52,080 nt of DNA from a virus (IMGVR_UViG_3300042363_000655:1-52080); one strand, 5' to 3'. Counted from the first letter of the stretch, positions 1 to 9,058 are shown. The notes: generated from the letters alone by a model not told the origin. Program-made: numbers and translations.

Positions 1-2
1 TA

Positions 3-2039
3 AAAGGTAAGAAGTTAGTAATGCATAACGCTTCTTTCGATACCCGTTTCGTAAAAAACTATTACGGTATTGATTTGCTAGAAGATCTTTGGGTAGATAC
101 TGGCTTACTTGTTCATACAGTTCAAGAAGAAGGTGCATTTGGATTTGGTAATCCTTTTGGTTTGAAATCTATTGCTATTATGAACCAGAAAGCATTAGGT
201 TTAGATATTGAAGAAGCAGCCAATAAGGAGCAATTAGAACTTAAAGAATCTATTAAAGCTAATGGAGGCTCAGTTACGAAAGATAACTATGAGATCTATA
301 AAGCCGATATGGAAGTTTTATCTAAGTATGCTGCTGCCGATACCGACTTAACTTTGCGTATATGTAATTTGTACTTAGAGAAGCTAAAAGAAGAGAACCT
401 AGAAGCATTCTTCTTTGAAGAAGAGGTTATGCCTATCTACCGAGAAGTAACTGTTCCTATGGAAGAGTACGGAGTAGACTTAGATATGGATTTACTTAAG
501 CAGACTCATGCAGAGATTATGAAAGATCTTGCAGAGAATAAGAAGATCGTTATGAAGAGCTTACTAGATACAGATGACGGTAAGAATTGGGTAATGGATA
601 CTGCTTTTAGTAACTACCCACCTACCAACAAAGGTAACTGGGCTCAAGAGTTCTGTAAACGATATTCACTTCCTTTACCTAGATCTGAAAAGACCGGTAA
701 GTATTCTATTACAGCTAAAACGGTTAGTGAATTAGAGGACTCTATCTACAAAGAGTTTCTACTAACTGGAGAAGTCTCTCTACTAGATCCTTTAGAAGTA
801 GCTCGTATTTCGATGGCTATGTGGAAAGAGACTAATGACGGTGAGTATATCAATATTCAGTCTAAGAAGCACTTAGGTGAAATCGTATTTAAGTATATGG
901 GTATTAAAGCTAAGTCTAAGACTACTAAAGGAACCGATCAGTTTGATATGGAGATGTTAGAGGACTTATCTAAAGAGTATACCTGGGCAGAAAACTTACG
1001 TATCTATAATAAGTTGCTTAAGATTAAATCTACTTATATTGACCGCTTTATTGACGGTTCAGAAGATGGCCGTTACTATTTCTACTTTAAGCAGAATGGT
1101 ACTGTATCCGGACGCTATGGTTCAGATGCTCAACAATTACCTAAACCTAAAGAAGAAGGAGAAGATGCTCCTATTATCGTTAAGTATACTAATATTGTTC
1201 GTGCATTCTTAATTGCAGGAGAAGGACGTAAGGTAATTGATGCCGATTATGAGTCTCTTGAACCTCACTGTTTTGCTTCTGTAGCAGGTGATATTAAGCT
1301 TCAAGAGATCTTTAATAACGGCTGGGACTTCTACTCTACTGTAGCTATTCAGACTGAGAAGCTAGAAGGTGTATCTCCGGATAAGAAAGCTCCTAACTAT
1401 CTTAAGAAACTAGACCCGGTTAAACGTAACCAAGCTAAGGCCTATTCATTAGGTATTGCCTATGGTATGGAAGCTTATGCATTGGGTATGACGCTAGGTA
1501 TCCCTCAGAAAGAAGCAGAGAAGCTTGTTCAAGGTTATCTAGATGGCTTCCCTGAATTAAAGTCTTGGAGAGAAAACTCTCGTAAGCAGATTAAAGAGCA
1601 TGGCTTTATTACTAACTACGTAGGACGTATTCGTCACTTACCTAAAGTAAAACGAATCTATGATAGATACGGAGAGCGTATCATGGACTGGAAGTTTAGA
1701 AACGAACTAGCAGCTCAATACGGTAAAGATGATGTTATGGCTCTTTATAGAGATTACCGTAACGGATTGAATAACTGTTTGAACTTCCAACTACAGTCAT
1801 TAGCAGCAGCGGTAGTGAATAGAGCAGCTGTTAAGATTAACCGTAAAGCAAAAGAACTAGGCATTGATGCTAGAGTACAAGCTCAAGTACATGACCAGTT
1901 AATTATAAACGTATCAGAAAAAGACGCAGAGATGTTTGCGCCTATAGTACGAAACATCATGGAAACTACAACAGTTCTTCCGGGTGTAACCCTAAAAGCA
2001 CCACCAGAGATTTCTAATAACTGGAGAGATGGGCACTAA
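3..2039 (+). CDS. polA: DNA polymerase family A with 3'-5' exonuclease domain, 5'-truncated by window edge
   Basis: ExoII HNASFD and ExoIII YAAAD; motif A DADYESLEPH, motif B RNQAKAYSLGIAYG, motif C QVHDQL; frame is open upstream of the ATG at 21. Confidence 0.95.
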   Translation, partial: KGKKLVMHNASFDTRFVKNYYGIDLLEDLWVDTGLLVHTVQEEGAFGFGNPFGLKSIAIMNQKALGLDIEEAANKEQLELKESIKANGGSVTKDNYEIYKADMEVLSKYAAADTDLTLRICNLYLEKLKEENLEAFFFEEEVMPIYREVTVPMEEYGVDLDMDLLKQTHAEIMKDLAENKKIVMKSLLDTDDGKNWVMDTAFSNYPPTNKGNWAQEFCKRYSLPLPRSEKTGKYSITAKTVSELEDSIYKEFLLTGEVSLLDPLEVARISMAMWKETNDGEYINIQSKKHLGEIVFKYMGIKAKSKTTKGTDQFDMEMLEDLSKEYTWAENLRIYNKLLKIKSTYIDRFIDGSEDGRYYFYFKQNGTVSGRYGSDAQQLPKPKEEGEDAPIIVKYTNIVRAFLIAGEGRKVIDADYESLEPHCFASVAGDIKLQEIFNNGWDFYSTVAIQTEKLEGVSPDKKAPNYLKKLDPVKRNQAKAYSLGIAYGMEAYALGMTLGIPQKEAEKLVQGYLDGFPELKSWRENSRKQIKEHGFITNYVGRIRHLPKVKRIYDRYGERIMDWKFRNELAAQYGKDDVMALYRDYRNGLNNCLNFQLQSLAAAVVNRAAVKINRKAKELGIDARVQAQVHDQLIINVSEKDAEMFAPIVRNIMETTTVLPGVTLKAPPEISNNWRDGH

Positions 2040-2391
2040 AATTATTATGTATAAATTAATACTAGAAGGAGCATTGTATGGAACGTTGGCTCAAATCATA
2101 ACGTTCCTACAACTCCAAGGAAATATAAAATGGAACTGGTACGCAAAATACCCGGTCCTAGTCTTGATAGCATCTATACCTATCTCTATACTGTTTATCA
2201 AATCAGTAGAGAAGTTTGTAGCTGCTTTTAATGGAGAGATTTGGCCGAGTAGGTTGATTGGATTTGGTATAGGTATTATAGTTTTCTATATTATGAGCTA
2301 TACTCTCTTTAACGAACCAGTAACAACAAAAACCTTTGTATGCTTAGTATTAGCTTGTGCTATAATAGGTGTGCAGGTTTTTTGGACTTAG
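2029..2391 (+). CDS. small multi-pass membrane protein (DMT/SMR-like topology)
   Basis: About four hydrophobic helices in 120 aa; LFNEPVT motif near the C-terminus. Confidence 0.55.
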   Translation: MGTKIIMYKLILEGALYGTLAQIITFLQLQGNIKWNWYAKYPVLVLIASIPISILFIKSVEKFVAAFNGEIWPSRLIGFGIGIIVFYIMSYTLFNEPVTTKTFVCLVLACAIIGVQVFWT

Positions 2392-2393
2392 CA

Positions 2394-2401
2394 TATTTAT
2401 A
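2394..2401 (+). promoter_or_regulatory. TATTTATA motif, putative late promoter (also 5517, 6117, 10176, 21912, 32649, 41809)
   Basis: Same 8-mer in seven intergenic gaps shortly upstream of start codons. Confidence 0.45.
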
Positions 2402-2403
2402 TT

Positions 2404-2423
2404 AAATCGACTCTAGGGCGAGT
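2404..2423. repeat. left arm of inverted repeat bracketing hsp20
   Basis: aaatcgACTCTAGGGCgagt is complementary to 2893-2914 actctGCCCTAGAGTttgattt. Confidence 0.7.
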
Positions 2424-2481
2424 AGTTATATTAAACAAATGTTAAACCGAGGATCTAAGGACCTCACAAACTGTAAATCAA

Positions 2482-2889
2482 ATGAGTACAAATTTCAATG
2501 AATTCGACATTCTATTTCACAATTTTTTCCACCCAACAAGTGGATTTCTCTCGGCCGCAACGGCAAAACAACCACACCCCTTAAACATTTTCTACACCGA
2601 GGACAAACTTCATTTCGAAGTCGCTTGTACCGGACTTACAAAGGAAGATGTAAAAGTGAATATCGAAGAAGATATTCTAAAAATTAGTTATAAGAAACCA
2701 GAAGATGATGACACACTTCATCCTGGAACTATCCATAGAGGTCTAGCAAGACGATCATTCGATTTAGGATACAAAATTTCAGCAAAGTATGATTTGAGCA
2801 AAGCAGAAGCTAAGCTTGAAAATGGTTTGTTAGAAATCGCTATTCCTATTTCGGAAAAAGCTAAACCAAAAACTTTAAAAATTAAATAA
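2482..2889 (+). CDS. hsp20: small heat shock protein, Hsp20/alpha-crystallin family
   Basis: HRGLARRSF and AKLENGLLEIAIP motifs. Confidence 0.95.
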   Translation: MSTNFNEFDILFHNFFHPTSGFLSAATAKQPHPLNIFYTEDKLHFEVACTGLTKEDVKVNIEEDILKISYKKPEDDDTLHPGTIHRGLARRSFDLGYKISAKYDLSKAEAKLENGLLEIAIPISEKAKPKTLKIK

Positions 2890-2892
2890 AAA

Positions 2893-2914
2893 ACTCTGCC
2901 CTAGAGTTTGATTT
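2893..2914. repeat. right arm of inverted repeat bracketing hsp20
   Basis: Perfect 10-bp core GCCCTAGAGT plus flanking pairing with 2404-2423. Confidence 0.7.
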
Positions 2915-2962
2915 TAGAGTATTAGTTCGTATATTAAATTTATTAAACAAGTTATAACAATC

Positions 2963-3265
2963 ATGAAAGTATTAGAACCTCAAAATGACCGTGTGCTTAT
3001 TCAACCTATCGAGGAAGATGAGCAAATGTATGGTAATATTGTAATCCCGGATATGGGTAAAGAGCGTCCTGAAATGGGCAAGGTAATTGCTGTAGGACCT
3101 GGACGTCAATCAGAATTCGGACATTATATTCGAGTAAACGCTAAAGTAGGAGACATTGTATTAGTCCCTAAGATCGGAACAATTCGTATTGAGTTCGAAG
3201 GAGATGAATACTACATCACACAAGACAGAGAAATTTTAGCAACAGTAAAAGAATCACAAGCATAA
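2963..3265 (+). CDS. groES: co-chaperonin GroES
   Basis: LEPQNDRVLI, GNIVIPD, GKVIAVGPG, VGDIVL motifs. Confidence 0.97.
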   Translation: MKVLEPQNDRVLIQPIEEDEQMYGNIVIPDMGKERPEMGKVIAVGPGRQSEFGHYIRVNAKVGDIVLVPKIGTIRIEFEGDEYYITQDREILATVKESQA

Positions 3266-4884
3266 TGGAAAAGAAAGTAACGTATTCAAAAGAAGCTCGT
3301 GAAGAGTTATTATCAGGAGTTAAACAATTAGCAGACGCAGTTGTAGCAACATTAGGACCTTCAGGCCGAAATGTAATCATCGAACAAGAGATGGGAAGCC
3401 CTATTTCTACTAAAGATGGTGTTACAGTAGCAAAAGCTATTGAACTAGAAGATAAAGTACAAAATATCGGAGCACAGTTAGTAAAGCAAGCATCAATTAA
3501 AACAGCTGATGAAGCAGGTGATGGTACGACCACATCTACGTTGTTAGCATATTCGATTGCTAATTCACCAATTGATGATACCGATAACGTAGTAGAAATT
3601 AAAAGAGGAGTAGATAAAGCAGTAGCTACAATCGTAGATTACTTAGCAGAGCACTCTCAAGAGATAACGGATGAAGAGCAGTTAAAGCAGGTAGCTACCA
3701 TCTCAGCTAATAACGACACCGAAGTAGGTGAGTTGATTTCCACTGCCATGGACAAAGTTGGTAGAGATGGAGTTGTTACAATCGAGGAATCACGTACCGG
3801 AGAAACCTATCTGGAAACAGTAGAAGGTATGCAATTCGGCAGAGGTTATAAGTCCCCGTACTTTGTAACGGACAACAGCACTATGCAAACTGTTCTTCAG
3901 AATCCGTTGATCTTAATTACAGACAAGCGATTAAATTCTGTTAAAGAGTTGCTCCCTGTATTAGAAGCATGTTCTTCTCAGAACAAGTCATTGTTAATCA
4001 TTGCAGATGATATTGATGGAGAAGCGTTATCTACATTAGTAGTTAATAAGATGAGAGGTATTCTAGCTTGTGTAGCTGTTAAAGCACCTGAGTTTGGAGA
4101 CCGTAAGAAAGCTATCTTAGAAGATATTGCAGTATTGACAGGAGGTCAAGTAATCTCTACAGAGAAAGGAATGAAGTTAGAGAAGTTCAATCCAGACTGG
4201 TTAGGTAAAGCTAAGAAAGTAACAGTAGGAAAAGACACTACTACGATTATTGATGCAGCAGGAGAAGACGCAGCAATTACCGGCCGAGTAGAGGAGTTAA
4301 AGACTCAAATTGAAGAAGCTAAGTCTCCATTCGAGAAAGAGAACTTACAGGATCGTTTAGCTAAGTTTATTGGCGGAGTAGCGATTGTATATGTGGGTGG
4401 TCATACCGAAGTAGAGATGAAAGAAAAGAAAGACCGAGTAGATGATGCTCTACATGCAACCAGAGCAGCTCTAGAAGAAGGTATTCTACCTGGTGGAGGT
4501 ATTGCATTACTAAATGCATCTAAGTACCTAGATACAAACCCAGTAGAGACAGATAATGAATCTCAAGCATTAGGAGTTCAGTTTGTTAAATTAGCTTGCC
4601 GTAAGCCATTTATTAAGATCTTACAGAATGCAGGATATACAAACGAACAGATTGCAGACATTCTTAATTCATTAGAATCAGAAGACGGATGGGTAGGTTA
4701 CAATCCACGTACAAAGCAAATTGTAAATATGTTCAAAGAGGGTATTATTGATCCTGCTAAGGTTACTCGTTTAGCGTTAGAAAATGCAGCATCAGTAGCA
4801 GGTACAATCTTATTAACCGAAGCAGTTGTCTCTAATATCAAGAAAGAGAAAGAAGAGAAGAACGACTTTGGCGGTATGATGTAA
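3265..4884 (+). CDS. groEL: chaperonin GroEL
   Basis: TLGPSGRNV, TKDGVTVA, GDGTTT, KAPEFGDR, GIIDPAKV motifs; ends FGGMM. Confidence 0.98.
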   Translation: MEKKVTYSKEAREELLSGVKQLADAVVATLGPSGRNVIIEQEMGSPISTKDGVTVAKAIELEDKVQNIGAQLVKQASIKTADEAGDGTTTSTLLAYSIANSPIDDTDNVVEIKRGVDKAVATIVDYLAEHSQEITDEEQLKQVATISANNDTEVGELISTAMDKVGRDGVVTIEESRTGETYLETVEGMQFGRGYKSPYFVTDNSTMQTVLQNPLILITDKRLNSVKELLPVLEACSSQNKSLLIIADDIDGEALSTLVVNKMRGILACVAVKAPEFGDRKKAILEDIAVLTGGQVISTEKGMKLEKFNPDWLGKAKKVTVGKDTTTIIDAAGEDAAITGRVEELKTQIEEAKSPFEKENLQDRLAKFIGGVAIVYVGGHTEVEMKEKKDRVDDALHATRAALEEGILPGGGIALLNASKYLDTNPVETDNESQALGVQFVKLACRKPFIKILQNAGYTNEQIADILNSLESEDGWVGYNPRTKQIVNMFKEGIIDPAKVTRLALENAASVAGTILLTEAVVSNIKKEKEEKNDFGGMM

Positions 4885-4886
4885 AA

Positions 4887-4946
4887 CCGGAGGGGGAAGC
4901 AGGGGGGCGTCTGTCCCTCTCTTCACCGAAGGTGTCCCGCGCGAAT
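4887..4946 (+). repeat. GC-rich dispersed repeat copy 1 with CACC-GAA-GGTG hairpin
   Basis: Homologous to 51071-51130 and 51875-51926; ends in CGCGCGAAT. Confidence 0.8.
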
Positions 4947-4972
4947 ATGGAAGTAGTTCCGGAAATTTTGTA

Positions 4973-5004
4973 GTAGGATCTTAAAATAAATTTTCGTATC
5001 TTTA
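4973..5004 (+). promoter_or_regulatory. putative phage promoter GTAGG-N16-TCGTATCTTTA
   Basis: Member of repeated motif family with fixed 16-nt spacer. Confidence 0.6.
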
Positions 5005-5008
5005 TTAT

Positions 5009-5506
5009 ATGAAAGAGCAAATGTATACCCCGACTCACACCCGTGAGCAGCTCCTTGGTACTAAGCTTAAAGGACTACGAAAATTGAATTATAACCCGTT
5101 TACGTGGTGGAGGATGTATGAATCTACCAATAAGCCCTTATCTTCGAGAGCCCATATCTCGGATAAGATTAAGAACGGAGACTATGATTACCCTCATTGG
5201 AAGTATCAAGCAGAGTTATGCGAGCATGACCTAAATGATATGTGGCAGAAGATGTCACCCGATTATGCAAAGTGGGTAGAGGAGTCGTCCTTGATGAGAG
5301 CGAGAAGGAAGAGATTGATTGAGGATCATGAAAAGGAAGAGAATAAAAAATTAGAGGAGTTGGTGAGAGAGTTCACAAGATACTATCGCGTGACTAAAGA
5401 GCAGGTATTAGATTTGATGTTAGAATGGGAAGGAGACTTATATGGATTCTACCAATTTATGGATGATCGATACCGCATCAAACCAGCGCCAATACCTAAA
5501 TTTTAA
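5009..5506 (+). CDS. hypothetical phage protein
   Basis: 165-aa ORF directly after promoter motif. Confidence 0.75.
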   Translation: MKEQMYTPTHTREQLLGTKLKGLRKLNYNPFTWWRMYESTNKPLSSRAHISDKIKNGDYDYPHWKYQAELCEHDLNDMWQKMSPDYAKWVEESSLMRARRKRLIEDHEKEENKKLEELVREFTRYYRVTKEQVLDLMLEWEGDLYGFYQFMDDRYRIKPAPIPKF

Positions 5507-5545
5507 TACAATTAACTATTTATATAAACAATCAATTAAAAAACC

Positions 5546-5797
5546 ATGACAATTATTGTAATTATTGCAGCAATCGCCCTAGTTGGAGGATTCATTTACT
5601 TAAAGAAATCGGAGAACAACACTGCCGAAACCGTTGCTAACATCGTAGAAGAGGCTAAAGCCATTCACGAAGAAGCAAAAGCAGAAGTAGCTAAGGAAGA
5701 AAAGCCTAAGAAAAAATCTGCGCCGCGTAAGAAGAAGGAAACTGCTTCTTCAACAGAAGGTCCTATTAAAGGAGAATATTATAAACAAACACGCTAA
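5546..5797 (+). CDS. small membrane-anchored protein with Lys/Glu-rich tail
   Basis: N-terminal TM helix, charged tail. Confidence 0.7.
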   Translation: MTIIVIIAAIALVGGFIYLKKSENNTAETVANIVEEAKAIHEEAKAEVAKEEKPKKKSAPRKKKETASSTEGPIKGEYYKQTR

Positions 5798-5799
5798 TA

Positions 5800-6024
5800 A
5801 TGGAAGCAAAATTGAATATCGGTATCGATCAAACAAGCCCGGTTTTATGCGATGAATGCGGGGGCCACTTTTTTGAACAGGTCCTACATCTCAGAAAAGC
5901 ATCTGGGTTATTAACAGGAACTGGAGTACCATCTTATGTACCGATTCCGGTTTTTGCTTGCTCGGCTTGCGGACACGTAAATGTTGAGTTCCTACCTCAA
6001 GAAGTACAAGAGTTGAGTAAATAA
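5800..6024 (+). CDS. zinc-ribbon protein
   Basis: CDECG and CSACGH pairs. Confidence 0.75.
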   Translation: MEAKLNIGIDQTSPVLCDECGGHFFEQVLHLRKASGLLTGTGVPSYVPIPVFACSACGHVNVEFLPQEVQELSK

Positions 6025-6078
6025 AATTAAAGAAAACGGCCGGGTGGAGGGTAGGAGCAAGACCCGGTCATATAGAGA

Positions 6079-6112
6079 GGAGTACGATTAATTTCGTGCT
6101 CCTTTTCTTTTT
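6079..6112 (+). terminator. intrinsic terminator
   Basis: GGAGTACGA/TCGTGCTCC stem followed by T-tract. Confidence 0.75.
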
Positions 6113-6192
6113 GGCCTATTTATAACAAAGAGTTGCGTAAAAGCATATAGTGCACGGTTGTAGCTTAACTTAAACTTAAAAAATTAAAAGCT

Positions 6193-6438
6193 ATGGCATT
6201 TAAAGACATTTTCAAAGACAGTAATGATTACAACGAAAAATCAATCGTTGGATTTGCATCATTCGCAGTAATGGTAGTATTCGCTTGTGCGGATATCGTA
6301 ACAGGTTTCTTAGGTAACCCATTAGTAATTGAGCCTATCATCTTCAATTCATTCGTTTACATCACATTAGGTGCATTCGGTATTGCTGAAGTAGGTAAAA
6401 TCTTTGGTAAAAAATCAGAAAATCAAGATCAAGAATAA
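6193..6438 (+). CDS. putative holin
   Basis: 81 aa, two TM helices, charged C-terminus, directly upstream of endolysin. Confidence 0.6.
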   Translation: MAFKDIFKDSNDYNEKSIVGFASFAVMVVFACADIVTGFLGNPLVIEPIIFNSFVYITLGAFGIAEVGKIFGKKSENQDQE

Positions 6439-6453
6439 TAAATTTTACTAACA

Positions 6454-7068
6454 ATGAGTTTAAAAGCACTACAAACAAAATTAGGCATTACAGCTGATGG
6501 CGCTTTCGGTCCAGGTACTATGAAAGCTGCTATGAAATTTTACAACCTTACTCCAGAAAGAGCAGCACACTTCTTTGCTCAAACAGGACATGAGACAGGA
6601 GACTTCAAAGTATACAACGAAAACTTGAACTACTCAGCTCAAGGCTTACAAGGTATCTTTGGAAAATACTTCCCAGGTAACTTAGAAGAATCTTATGCAC
6701 GTCAACCAGAGAAAATCGCTAACCGCGTTTATGCTTCTAGAATGGGTAACGGAGATGAGAAATCAGGAGATGGTTGGAAATTCCGTGGTCGTGGAGCAAT
6801 CCAATTGACTGGAAAAGATAACTACACTCAATTCTCTAAGCACATTAATAAGCCTGAGATCTTAACAAATCCAGATTTAGTAGCAACTGAGTATTCTTTT
6901 GAATCAGCATTATTCTTCTTCGATAAGAATAAATTATGGTCTATTTGTGATCAAGGTGTAAACGATGCTGCTATTTTAGCTCTTACAAAAAGAGTAAACG
7001 GTGGTACTCATGGATTAGCTGATAGACAAGCTAAGACGAAGAAATTTTACGAATACGTAAAAGGATAA
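6454..7068 (+). CDS. endolysin, GH19 family with short N-terminal peptidoglycan-binding motif
   Basis: LQ.KLGITADG.FGPGT; HFFAQTGHET, ENLNYS, DGWKFRGRGAIQLTGKDNY, VNGGTHG. Confidence 0.93.
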   Translation: MSLKALQTKLGITADGAFGPGTMKAAMKFYNLTPERAAHFFAQTGHETGDFKVYNENLNYSAQGLQGIFGKYFPGNLEESYARQPEKIANRVYASRMGNGDEKSGDGWKFRGRGAIQLTGKDNYTQFSKHINKPEILTNPDLVATEYSFESALFFFDKNKLWSICDQGVNDAAILALTKRVNGGTHGLADRQAKTKKFYEYVKG

Positions 7069-7074
7069 GAAAAA

Positions 7075-7106
7075 GTTGCTCCTATGAGCATTTTTTCGTA
7101 AATTAA
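7075..7106 (+). promoter_or_regulatory. putative phage promoter GTTGC-N16-TCGTA
   Basis: Repeated motif family. Confidence 0.6.
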
Positions 7107-7123
7107 TAAAAGGTTTAAAACCA

Positions 7124-7507
7124 ATGAAAAAAACAAATATTATCTTAATAGGGATTATAGCGGTCTTGGCCGCTTATATCCTGTTCTTTGTACAAGCACC
7201 TTTAAAGGTAGATGTTAAAGGATATGAGGTTAAGATCGACTCTCTTCAACATACAGTAGATTCTATATATGTTGAAAACGGCAAACTAGATAACCAAATT
7301 GCTGGATACGAAGCTGAAATTTTATTTCAAGACGATAAGATCCAGAGCTTAAAAGACAAATTAGTATTAATTAAACAAGAAACAAATGAAAAAGTTAAGT
7401 CTGTCGATTCTTATACTGATGACGAGCTTGAGCGTTTTTTCACAGAACGTTACAAAGGACTCATCAGCGATTCAACTGCGCAAGCCGATAGCACGTCTCG
7501 TAATTAA
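7124..7507 (+). CDS. N-terminally anchored coiled-coil protein, i-spanin-like
   Basis: TM helix then coiled coil; follows endolysin; overlaps next ORF. Confidence 0.55.
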   Translation: MKKTNIILIGIIAVLAAYILFFVQAPLKVDVKGYEVKIDSLQHTVDSIYVENGKLDNQIAGYEAEILFQDDKIQSLKDKLVLIKQETNEKVKSVDSYTDDELERFFTERYKGLISDSTAQADSTSRN

Positions 7508-7796
7508 GGATTTGATTAAAGGCGACGGAGCTCAAGTTGAACTCAATAACCTACATCAAACTTTAACAGCTACAGAACAAAAGGTGGCATTAAAAGATAG
7601 TATTATTGTTACACAAACTAGTAAGATTGTGAACCTTAATGAGATTATTCTCAAGAAGGATGAGCAGTTTAAATTACAACAACAGCTTTCTAAGGATTTA
7701 GAGAAAGCATTAAAGGCCGCTAATACGCGAGTATTTTTCTACAAGATAGGCTCTGGAGTAGCTATTGTGTCTACTCTACTGTTGTTGGTTAAATAA
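7386..7796 (+). CDS. secreted coiled-coil protein with C-terminal hydrophobic segment, spanin-partner-like
   Basis: Signal peptide ending VFS-Q, coiled coil, C-terminal hydrophobic stretch; 122-nt overlap with upstream ORF. Confidence 0.5.
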   Translation: MKKLSLSILILMTSLSVFSQNVTKDSSAIQLRKPIARLVIKDLIKGDGAQVELNNLHQTLTATEQKVALKDSIIVTQTSKIVNLNEIILKKDEQFKLQQQLSKDLEKALKAANTRVFFYKIGSGVAIVSTLLLLVK

Positions 7797-7804
7797 TAGA
7801 AAAA

Positions 7805-8998
7805 ATGGAAAAGTTACGTAAAGGTTTATTCCCCTTCATCATTGCCCTTTCAGCATTATCAGTTAGTTTATCCGCGGCCTTTTACTCAGTATCAGGCCTC
7901 GGTAAGCTATTTGCTGGTGCTTCTACTCAGGTTATTATAATGGCATCTTCTTTAGAGATTGCAAAATTAGTAATAGCCTCTCTTTTATACCAATACTGGG
8001 ATACTCTTAATAAAGTATTGAGAGCTTATTTAGCAATCGCTACAGTTGTATTGATGTTAATTACCTCAATGGGTATTTATGGCTTCTTATCTGGAGCTTA
8101 TCAAGAAACAGCTAATAGAGCTGGAACCGTAGATGCACAAGTTACTCTACTAGAAACTAAAAAAGCAAATCTTGTAGGTCAGAGAGACTTATTAACTAAA
8201 GAAAAAGAAGCTTTAGTAACAAGTATGTCAAACCTTCAATCTGGATTAGCTAATAACAAAACTAGTTACGTAGATAAAAAAGGTAACTTAATACAATCAA
8301 GCAGTTCAGCAAATAGAAAGTCTCTAGAGAAGCAATTAGAGTCTTCTACAACTAGACAGGATAATCTAAACATAAAATTAGATGATGTTAATAACAAAAT
8401 CTTTGAATTAGATAATCAGATTGTTGAAGTAAAAACAGGTAGTGATATCGCTGCAGAATTAGGCCCACTTAAGTACATTTCCGGACTTACAGGAACGCCG
8501 ATGGATCAGATTGTAAACTACCTACTCCTTATTATTATATTCGTATTTGACCCTCTAGCAATCTCATTAGTAATTGCAGCTAACTTTGCCTTTGCTCAGT
8601 TAAAACCAAAAGAGACTTTATACGAAGACAAGGCTTATCACGATGAAGTGAAGGAATGGGATGTGACTCTACAGGATGGGTTAGACGACGAAGACGATGA
8701 TTACCCTGAACCTAATGAAGCATTAAAAGAAGCTGCAGAAAGGTATAAAGAGCTAAAGAACCAGGGAGAGATACAAGAAGAACCTATCAGATTAGCAGAA
8801 GAAAGGATATTAGAAGAAGATTGGAAGATAGTAGACGAAGCCGGAAAGGAAATAAAAGATCAACCAGAGCAAGTAAAGATAGTTAAGATACTTCAAAAGA
8901 CTCCTTCCAGAATGAGAGTACAGTATTCAAATGGTAAAGAGGGTTGGGTATCTAAAAATACAAAGCCGGACGAGGATAATAGTATTAGGTATTTATAA
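7805..8998 (+). CDS. membrane protein with TM bundle, long coiled coil and acidic tail
   Basis: SAAFYSVSGL..LFAG, LEIAKLV, ELGPLKY and FVFDPLA segments. Confidence 0.75.
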   Translation: MEKLRKGLFPFIIALSALSVSLSAAFYSVSGLGKLFAGASTQVIIMASSLEIAKLVIASLLYQYWDTLNKVLRAYLAIATVVLMLITSMGIYGFLSGAYQETANRAGTVDAQVTLLETKKANLVGQRDLLTKEKEALVTSMSNLQSGLANNKTSYVDKKGNLIQSSSSANRKSLEKQLESSTTRQDNLNIKLDDVNNKIFELDNQIVEVKTGSDIAAELGPLKYISGLTGTPMDQIVNYLLLIIIFVFDPLAISLVIAANFAFAQLKPKETLYEDKAYHDEVKEWDVTLQDGLDDEDDDYPEPNEALKEAAERYKELKNQGEIQEEPIRLAEERILEEDWKIVDEAGKEIKDQPEQVKIVKILQKTPSRMRVQYSNGKEGWVSKNTKPDEDNSIRYL

Positions 8999-9004
8999 AG
9001 TATA

Positions 9005-9036
9005 TTTGCTACTCTGCGTATTTTTTCGTATCTTTA
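9005..9036 (+). promoter_or_regulatory. putative phage promoter TTTGC-N16-TCGTATCTTTA
   Basis: Repeated motif family, CTGCGT in spacer. Confidence 0.65.
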
Positions 9037-9058
9037 AAGAATAAATAAAAGTTTTATC

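Noticed and set aside
4887-4946. GC-rich repeats as tRNA genes or intrinsic terminators
   Set aside because: No cloverleaf, T-loop or CCA end, and no U-tract after the hairpin.
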